From assembly GCA_038874115.1 (NCBI GenBank), contig JAVZDC010000001.1:266871-330870 (forward strand): a stretch of DNA of 64,000 nt. The letters run 5' to 3'. The position numbers were made by a program, and so were the translations under genes. Under the pieces are notes generated by a model. That model saw nothing but the letters and a program-made list of their open reading frames with translations, had not been told where the DNA came from and did not search any database. Source of the stretch: an archaeon. Lineage in GTDB: Archaea > B1Sed10-29 > JAVZDC01. This document shows positions 57,993 through 64,000 of this stretch, piece after piece. How positions within the stretch are numbered: position 1 is the stretch's first letter; every line of letters starts with the position of its first letter.

Positions 57993-58585
57993 AAATTGGA
58001 GATTATGACCCATCCGAAGTAACCAAAACGATTGGGGAAGAACTTAAAAAAATTCCCGAGATGAAACCGCCTGCATGGGCGGCGTGGGTTAAAACAGGAT
58101 CAAATAAGGAAAGATTACCACAAAAAGATTGGTGGTACATCCGATGCGCGGGTATTTTAAGAAGACTCGCTACAGGTGTTGAAATTGGAGTAAATAGATT
58201 GAGTACAGTTTATGGATCTAGAAAAAAAAGAGGTTCTAGGCCTGAACACCATGGGGAATGTGGAAGAAATCATATAAGAAAAATGCTCCAGCAGTTAGAA
58301 AAATTAGGCTTTGTAGAAAAAAGTAAGAAAGGTCGAAAGATTACTGCAAAAGGAATGGAATGGGTCAAAAAAGTTTTAGAAAAACTTACTTCACAAAAAC
58401 CTGTAGAAATAAAAATAGAACTACCTTATTTGGAAAAAAAGGAGGGAAAAGAAGTTGCAAAACCAAAACAACCTAGAAGAAGAACTTCAAAGAAAAAAGA
58501 TTCTAAGCAAGATAATGTCTCCGAAAGCACGGGAAAGGCTAGCGAACATAAGGATAGCCAATCCAACACTAGCCAACAAAGTTGA
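57989..58585 (+). CDS. rps19e: Ribosomal protein S19e with a low-complexity K/E/S-rich C-terminal tail.
   Basis: PAWAAWVKTG...WWYIRCAGILRRL...YGSRKKRG...IRKMLQQLEKLGFVE. Confidence 0.9.
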   Translation: MKIGDYDPSEVTKTIGEELKKIPEMKPPAWAAWVKTGSNKERLPQKDWWYIRCAGILRRLATGVEIGVNRLSTVYGSRKKRGSRPEHHGECGRNHIRKMLQQLEKLGFVEKSKKGRKITAKGMEWVKKVLEKLTSQKPVEIKIELPYLEKKEGKEVAKPKQPRRRTSKKKDSKQDNVSESTGKASEHKDSQSNTSQQS

Positions 58586-58703
58586 AGAATTAATAATTTG
58601 GTTATTCAGCCAAGGTCAAATAGAAAAAATTGATGAGGAAGATTTAATAAAAATTTTGGAAAAAATTAATGTTCGAAGAGAAATAAAAATAAGAAGGGTG
58701 TGA
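58455..58703 (+). CDS. PDCD5/TFAR19-like dsDNA-binding protein (COG2118 family).
   Basis: LEEELQRKKILSKIMSPKARERLANIRIANPTLANKVEELIIWLFSQGQIEKIDEEDLIKILEKI. It occupies the conserved position between S19e and L39e, but overlaps the S19e 3' tail by about 130 nt out of frame. Confidence 0.72.
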   Translation: MQNQNNLEEELQRKKILSKIMSPKARERLANIRIANPTLANKVEELIIWLFSQGQIEKIDEEDLIKILEKINVRREIKIRRV

Positions 58704-58705
58704 GA

Positions 58706-58871
58706 GATGGGAAGTAGAAAATGTGAAAAATTGAAAAAAAAGGTAGTATCTGCTGCTAAATCAAATAAAAGAGCTCCGGTTTGGGTTGTTTTAAAAACAA
58801 AAGATACTTCGATACGATTTAGAAATAGGCGACATTGGAGATATAATAAACTAAAGATAAAGGAGGATTAA
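58706..58871 (+). pseudogene. rpl39e: Ribosomal protein L39e gene, as sequenced interrupted by a +1 frameshift in an A9 homopolymer.
   Basis: ATG at 58706 gives MGSRKCEKLKKK, and then the A9 run (58733-58741) shifts the frame. With 8 A the reading continues VVSAAKSNKRAPVWVVLKTKDTSIRFRNRRHWRYNKLKIKED-stop, which is canonical L39e ending at 58871. Confidence 0.7.
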
Positions 58872-58872
58872 T

Positions 58873-59232
58873 ATGGCGGAGGATATTGAGAAAAAAAGTG
58901 TAGAAGTAAAAGAAACGCCTCCTAAAAACACGCAAGAAGCTTCTGAGAAAAAATCGGAAACTTTGGCAAAAAAAGTGGAAAAAACGATCGAAAAGATACT
59001 TATAATCCCGTTAAGAAAAGCATATTTATCTCCTGGGAATAGGAAATCAAGAAGTGCGATAAAAATCATTAGAGAATTTGCGAAAAAGCACACTAAAAGA
59101 CAAAATATAAAAATTTCTAGAAAAATAAATGAAATAATCTGGGGGCGGGGAGGGAGCAAACCTCCAACAAAAGTAAAAGTATTGGCAAAAATATATGAGG
59201 ATCGAACAGAATTAGAACCAGTGGTAAAATAA
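58873..59232 (+). CDS. rpl31e: Ribosomal protein L31e.
   Basis: IIPLRKAYLSPGNRKSRSAIKIIREFAKKH...INEIIWGRG. Confidence 0.85.
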   Translation: MAEDIEKKSVEVKETPPKNTQEASEKKSETLAKKVEKTIEKILIIPLRKAYLSPGNRKSRSAIKIIREFAKKHTKRQNIKISRKINEIIWGRGGSKPPTKVKVLAKIYEDRTELEPVVK

Positions 59233-59233
59233 T

Positions 59234-59857
59234 ATGATAAAGAAAGGGAACTTTCAAAAATCTCCTTATGTAGGGTTATTCTGTGTAATGAATGATAATT
59301 TTGCAATAGTGCCCAAAAACTCCAGTAATTCATTTTTAAAACTATTGGAAGGATTTGATGTAGAAATAATAAAAACAAATATTGCTGAATCTTCTTTAGT
59401 TGGCGTCTTTTGTTGTTTAAACAATGAGAAAATCATAGTTCCAAACATAGCGGAGAAAGAAGAATTAAAGAAATTAAAAGACAATTTTCGGGAAGTGATT
59501 ATTTTAGATACAAGTTTTACTGCTATTGGAAATTTAATGGTTATGAACGATCGCGGAGGAATCTGCAGTCCTTTGATTGAAAAAGAAATAGACGGGGTTT
59601 TAAAAATGAAAATAATGGACACAGACCTTTGCGGATCCTTAATATTCGCAAACAATTCCGGTTTTGTAGTCTCAAAAGACTGTACGGATGAAGAATTTAA
59701 AAAAATAGAAAAAATTTTGAAAGTACCTGGAGTAAAAACAACAATCAACGGGGGGGATAAATTCGTAAAATCCGGGATTTGCGGAAACTCAAAAGGTTTG
59801 CTTGTTGGAGATAATTCTTCTGGTTTTGAATTATTAAACTTAAGCGAGGTGTTCTAA
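59234..59857 (+). CDS. eif6: Translation initiation factor 6 (aIF6).
   Basis: 207 aa, GNFQKSPYVGLFCVMNDNFAIVP, pentameric repeat pattern. Confidence 0.88.
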   Translation: MIKKGNFQKSPYVGLFCVMNDNFAIVPKNSSNSFLKLLEGFDVEIIKTNIAESSLVGVFCCLNNEKIIVPNIAEKEELKKLKDNFREVIILDTSFTAIGNLMVMNDRGGICSPLIEKEIDGVLKMKIMDTDLCGSLIFANNSGFVVSKDCTDEEFKKIEKILKVPGVKTTINGGDKFVKSGICGNSKGLLVGDNSSGFELLNLSEVF

Positions 59858-60258
59858 TGGAAGCAGATTATGAAAAAATTAGAAATTTGGAAATTCAAAT
59901 GAGATATCTTCAAGATCAGTTAAATTTCTTTCAAAAAAGTTTAGTTGAATTATCTGTAACTGAAAATGCATTAAACGCAATAATGAATATGAAAGAAGAT
60001 TCTGACGTATTTTTCCCGATAAGTTCTGGAGTTTTTGCTAAAGGAATTTTATTGAAAAGTAAAGAAGTACTTGTTGATTTAGGAGTTGGAGCTTACGTTG
60101 AAAAACCAGTGGAAGAAGCGTTGGAACTTACAAGAAAGAAAAAAGCTTGGGTGGAAAAACAAGCAGAGCAATTAGGAAATTTGTGGACAAAAGTTCAGCA
60201 AGATTATTTTGCGACTTTGCAAAAAATAAAAGAAAGTGAAAGCAAGACGGTGGAGTAG
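59857..60258 (+). CDS. pfdA: Prefoldin alpha subunit.
   Basis: 133 aa with a coiled-coil / beta-hairpin / coiled-coil layout. Sits in the conserved position before ftsY. Confidence 0.78.
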   Translation: MEADYEKIRNLEIQMRYLQDQLNFFQKSLVELSVTENALNAIMNMKEDSDVFFPISSGVFAKGILLKSKEVLVDLGVGAYVEKPVEEALELTRKKKAWVEKQAEQLGNLWTKVQQDYFATLQKIKESESKTVE

Positions 60259-61251
60259 TTGTTTGGGTTTCTAAAGGAAAAAATAAAAAGTTTTTTTAAA
60301 AAAGAAGAAGAAGTTGTAAACAACATAATAAAAACGGAAGAATTGGAAGAAGAAAAAAAGGATTTAAAACCAAAATTAACTGCTTCAACAAGAATAAAAA
60401 AAGCGATTTTAAGAAAAACGAAAATAACTGATAAAGACGTAGAGGGATTACTTGAAGAGTTCAAGATTTCTCTTTTGGAAGCAGATGTTGCATACGAAGT
60501 TGCTGAAAAAATTTGTGAGGATTTAAGAAAAAAACTTGTAGGTCTTGAAATTACTGCTAAAGATGATATAAAGGAAATTTCTGAAAAAGCGATTAAAGAT
60601 AGTTTATTTGAGATATTAAATGATTCGAAAGTAGATTTAAAAGAAATTGCTAAACAAAAAAAGCCGTTTACGGTGTTGTTTTTAGGACCAAACGGACATG
60701 GAAAAACGACGACTGTGGTTAAGGTTGCAAATTACTTTTTGAAAAATAATATGGTGCCAGTAATAGCAGCTGCAGATACATTTAGAGCTGCAAGTATTGA
60801 ACAGTTGGAGACATTGGCAAAAAAAATAGATGTAAAAACAATAAAGCATAAATACGGGGCTGATCCAGCAGCTGTTTGTTATGATGCTATATCTCATGCA
60901 AAGGCGAACGGTCTTTCTGTTGTTTTAATAGATACTGCGGGAAGAAGTGAATTAAATAGAAACCTTATGGAACAATTAAAAAAGATTCAAAAGGTTGCAA
61001 ACCCTGATTTTACTATCTATGTTGGAGAGAGCATCGCAGGAAATGCGATTTTAGAGGAAGTAAAAAAGTTTAGTGAGTTTATAAGAATAGACGGTGTTAT
61101 AATGACGAAGGCTGATTGTGATGTTAAAGGAGGAAGTATATTATCCGTAAAAAGTGCTATTGGAAAACCAATTTTATTTTTAGGGGTCGGTCAAAGTTTA
61201 GACGACTTAATCGAATTTGACCCGAATTGGTTTATAGAAAAAGTGCTTTAA
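60259..61251 (+). CDS. ftsY: Signal recognition particle receptor FtsY.
   Basis: The NG domain has GPNGHGKTTT, DTAGR and TKAD motifs. TTG start per the ORF track. Confidence 0.93.
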   Translation: MFGFLKEKIKSFFKKEEEVVNNIIKTEELEEEKKDLKPKLTASTRIKKAILRKTKITDKDVEGLLEEFKISLLEADVAYEVAEKICEDLRKKLVGLEITAKDDIKEISEKAIKDSLFEILNDSKVDLKEIAKQKKPFTVLFLGPNGHGKTTTVVKVANYFLKNNMVPVIAAADTFRAASIEQLETLAKKIDVKTIKHKYGADPAAVCYDAISHAKANGLSVVLIDTAGRSELNRNLMEQLKKIQKVANPDFTIYVGESIAGNAILEEVKKFSEFIRIDGVIMTKADCDVKGGSILSVKSAIGKPILFLGVGQSLDDLIEFDPNWFIEKVL

Positions 61252-61252
61252 A

Positions 61253-62548
61253 ATGCTTGCAAAACTTAGAGAGATAATTGCGAATATTTCAAAAAAAGCA
61301 ACTATTGATGAAAAGTTTACAAAGGAAATTATAAAAGAATTCCAGAAAATATTAATTCAAAGTGACGTTAATGTAAAACTTGCATTTGAAATTTCGAAAA
61401 AACTTGAAGCAAAGATTAACGAACCAATCCCGGCTGGTTTTTCAAGAAAAGAACATATAATAACTGCTCTTTATGACGAAATTTTAGAGATATTGAAAAG
61501 TGAAGAATATACCCCAAGACTTGAGAAACATAAGATTCTTTTGGTTGGGTTGTATGGGTCTGGAAAGACGAGCGCTACAGCAAAAATAGCAAAGTTTTAT
61601 TCAAAAAGAGGTTTTAAAACAGGAATTATAACAACTGATATCTACAGACCTGCGGCTTATGAACAAGCTGTGCAACTTGCTAATCAGATTAATGTAAAAG
61701 TTTTGGGGAGCGGAAAAGATCCTTTTGAAATTTTAAACAAAGGTTTGGAAGAAGGGAAAAATCTGGATATTTTGATAGTCGATTCTGCAGGAAGGGATTC
61801 TTTAAATGAAGAACTTTTGGAAGAATTAATGAAAATAAAAGAAATTTTAAAGCCTGAGGAAACTTTTCTTGTAATCTCTGCTGATATTGGTCAAACGGCA
61901 AGTAAGCAAGCTAAAGCATTTAGTAAGATAGGCCTTACGGGTGTAATCGTAACAAAAACAGATACTAGCGGTAAAGCTGGCGGGGCAATAAGTGCTTGTG
62001 CTGAAGCTAAAATACCTATATGTTTCTTGAGTACTGGGGAAAAACCGGATGATTTCGAAGTTTTTAATGCTAAGAAGTTTGTTGGAAGGTTGCTTGGTTT
62101 CCCAGATCTTGAAAGTTTATTGGCAAAAGTTAAAGAAGCGGCTGAAGAAAGTGAGTTTAATCCTGAAGATATTCTGTCTGGAGAATATAATTTAAAAACG
62201 TTTATGAAGCAAATAGAAGCCACGAGAAAAATGGGGCCTTTGAAAAAAGTTTTAGAAATGCTTGGGTTAAATATTGGTTCTGAGTTTGCCGATATTGGGG
62301 AAAAGAAACTAGAAACTTATAAAGTGATACTTCAAAGTATGACTAAAAAAGAATTGGAGAATCCTGAAATAATTGATTCGAGCAGGATAAAAAGAATAGC
62401 AAAAGGTAGTGGAAAGAGTGAGGCTGAAGTTAGAGAATTACTCAAACAGTTTAATGCTAGTAAGAAAATAATATCCCAGTTTAAGAAAGGAAAAATTAAA
62501 GGAATAAAATCTTTAATGAAAGGAATGCCATGGATGAAAATGAATTAA
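61253..62548 (+). CDS. srp54: Signal recognition particle protein SRP54.
   Basis: The NG domain has GLYGSGKTS, DSAGR and TKTD motifs, followed by a Met-rich M domain. Confidence 0.95.
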   Translation: MLAKLREIIANISKKATIDEKFTKEIIKEFQKILIQSDVNVKLAFEISKKLEAKINEPIPAGFSRKEHIITALYDEILEILKSEEYTPRLEKHKILLVGLYGSGKTSATAKIAKFYSKRGFKTGIITTDIYRPAAYEQAVQLANQINVKVLGSGKDPFEILNKGLEEGKNLDILIVDSAGRDSLNEELLEELMKIKEILKPEETFLVISADIGQTASKQAKAFSKIGLTGVIVTKTDTSGKAGGAISACAEAKIPICFLSTGEKPDDFEVFNAKKFVGRLLGFPDLESLLAKVKEAAEESEFNPEDILSGEYNLKTFMKQIEATRKMGPLKKVLEMLGLNIGSEFADIGEKKLETYKVILQSMTKKELENPEIIDSSRIKRIAKGSGKSEAEVRELLKQFNASKKIISQFKKGKIKGIKSLMKGMPWMKMN

Positions 62549-63660
62549 AGAAATATAAACTTTGCAAATTTTGTTTTGAAAGGCAATTCGAATTTTCTAA
62601 AAAGAAACCGAAACATGAACAAAGCGGAATAGAATGTTGGTTATGTGAAAATATTTTTGATTATATAGATGATTTGGTTGATAGTATAAAAATAGATGTC
62701 GAATTCTCAACTTTTGAATGCGGGTCGAAAATTCCTGAAAGAATTTTGGAAAGAGAAGATGAGCTTTGGGAAAAAATCGGAGCTATTAATGCTGTGAGTA
62801 TAAAAAGTCAATTAAATCGTATTTTGAATGAAAAAGTTTCTAAAAAATTTGGGAAAAAAGTTGACCATTTAAATCCCGATATCGTATTTTTGTTCGATTT
62901 TGAAAATAAAAAAGTTGATTATGAAATAAAACCAATCTATATATACGGAAGATATAGAAAGCTTGTTAGAGGGATACCTCAAACAAAATGGAATTGTAGA
63001 GTATGTTGGGGAAAAGGTTGTGAAAGATGTGGTTTTTCTGGAAAATTATATGCGGAAAGTGTGCAAGAACTTATAGGTGAAAAAATATTAGAAGAAACTT
63101 TTGGAATTGACACAAAATTCCATGGAAAAGGAAGGGAAGATAGAGACGTACGCATGCTTGGCTCTGGAAGGCCTTTTATAATCGAGATAATAGCCCCGAA
63201 AAAAAGAAATTTGGACTTGGGTCTTTTAGAGAAAAAAATAAACGAGTTTGCAAAGGGAAAAGTAGAAGTTTCTGGCTTAAGATTCTCAAATAAGAAAGAG
63301 GTTGGGTTGATAAAAACAGAGGCTTCTGAAAAGGAATACGAAGCACTAGTTTTTTGTGAAGGAATAAATGAGGAAGATTGTAAAAAAATTGAGGAGTTTT
63401 TCCAAAATAAAGAGATTATACAAAAAACTCCTAGAAGAGTATTGCACAGGCGGGCTGACAAAGCTAGAAAAAGAAAGGTTTTGTTTGTTAAAACTTTGGA
63501 GTTAGGGAAAGATTTTGCGAAGATTATAATAAGAACAACTTCTGGTACGTATATAAAAGAGCTAGTATCTGGGGATGACGGCAGGACAAAACCTTCTTTC
63601 TCGCAAGTATTAGGTAGAGAATGTACAGTTAAAGAGTTAGACGTTATTGAAGTAGAATAG
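62530..63660 (+). CDS. pus10: tRNA pseudouridine synthase Pus10.
   Basis: N-terminal CxxC...CxxC THUMP-like zinc module. The catalytic region has REDRDVRMLGSGRPFIIEI and the C-terminus has YIKELVSGDDGRTKPS. Confidence 0.85.
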   Translation: MDENELKKYKLCKFCFERQFEFSKKKPKHEQSGIECWLCENIFDYIDDLVDSIKIDVEFSTFECGSKIPERILEREDELWEKIGAINAVSIKSQLNRILNEKVSKKFGKKVDHLNPDIVFLFDFENKKVDYEIKPIYIYGRYRKLVRGIPQTKWNCRVCWGKGCERCGFSGKLYAESVQELIGEKILEETFGIDTKFHGKGREDRDVRMLGSGRPFIIEIIAPKKRNLDLGLLEKKINEFAKGKVEVSGLRFSNKKEVGLIKTEASEKEYEALVFCEGINEEDCKKIEEFFQNKEIIQKTPRRVLHRRADKARKRKVLFVKTLELGKDFAKIIIRTTSGTYIKELVSGDDGRTKPSFSQVLGRECTVKELDVIEVE

Positions 63661-63713
63661 AGGATTAAAGTAAAGTATAAAAAGAAAAAAGTTGTATTCA
63701 TACTGGGAGAAAA

Positions 63714-64000
63714 ATGGAGTTCATCGCTTGGTTTTTAATATTTCTCATAACTGGAATCGCTGCTTTACAAGATTTAAAAACAGGGTATGTTTCGGATAAT
63801 TTAATGCATACTGCTATTCTTTTAGCAATAATTCTTGTTCCTTTCTTATATCCTGATAATTTCCTAAATCAGTACGGGATTGCTTTTATCACTTTTATAT
63901 TCTTTTTCTCTATGTATCTTTTTGGCCAGATTGGTGGCGGGGATGTAAAAGTATTTAGCTTTCTTGCTTTACTTCTTCCTCAAACGGAATTTCCAAGGAT
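63714..64000 (+). CDS. Second type IV prepilin peptidase (A24 family), 3'-partial (continues beyond the window).
   Basis: MEFIAWFLIFLITGIAALQDLKTGYVSD...FGQIGGGDVKVF (both catalytic Asp motifs). Confidence 0.6.
   Translation, partial: MEFIAWFLIFLITGIAALQDLKTGYVSDNLMHTAILLAIILVPFLYPDNFLNQYGIAFITFIFFFSMYLFGQIGGGDVKVFSFLALLLPQTEFPR

Noticed and set aside
62979-63701. 240-aa ORF on the minus strand.
   Set aside because: It lies entirely antisense to pus10, whose plus-strand product has clear Pus10 motifs. Its low-complexity S/F/L-rich translation is typical of an antisense frame in an AT-rich gene.
1-64000. Search for CRISPR arrays, rRNA genes, IS elements or integrases.
   Set aside because: No direct-repeat/spacer periodicity was found in any intergenic gap (the largest gaps are under 200 nt). 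There is no transposase or integrase-like ORF and no rRNA-like GC-rich long non-coding stretch. Only four tRNAs and one short GC-rich hairpin were found.

Overview
This is a low-GC (~30%) archaeal chromosomal segment. Coding density is high and most genes are conserved information-processing genes: Cdc48, RadB, type IA topoisomerase, RFC small subunit, Pelota, ABCE1/RLI, ThrRS, GatD/GatE, Elp3, NcsA+SAMP, Hjc, Pth2, RpoK, Rad50, aEF-1beta, CCA enzyme, DnaG, Rpp21, S19e-L39e-L31e-aIF6-PfdA-FtsY-SRP54-Pus10, plus four tRNAs (Arg-GCG, Asp-GUC, Val-UAC, Gly-UCC). Two accessory regions stand out. The first is a large minus-strand type IV pilus (Tad/Epd-like) locus at about 21.6-29.7 kb. It has an assembly ATPase, two TadC-like membrane proteins, a Cys-rich pilin, a prepilin peptidase, eight translationally coupled pilin-like genes (two under 60 aa and missing from the ORF track) and a KaiC/FlaH-like ATPase. 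The second is a smaller pilin-like cluster at 5.7-6.8 kb next to an M50-family protease. Also notable are a GDGT/Tes-like radical SAM enzyme and HMG-CoA reductase (isoprenoid lipid metabolism), a giant secreted surface protein running off the 5' end, three tandem CBS-domain proteins, and a membrane-anchored transglutaminase-like protein with a cytoplasmic wHTH. There is an apparent frameshift in rpl39e within an A9 run, and a GC-rich structured intergenic element that may be a small guide RNA. I found no rRNA, CRISPR array or recognisable mobile element. All calls rest on reading the translated ORFs and the sequence by eye, with no database search.
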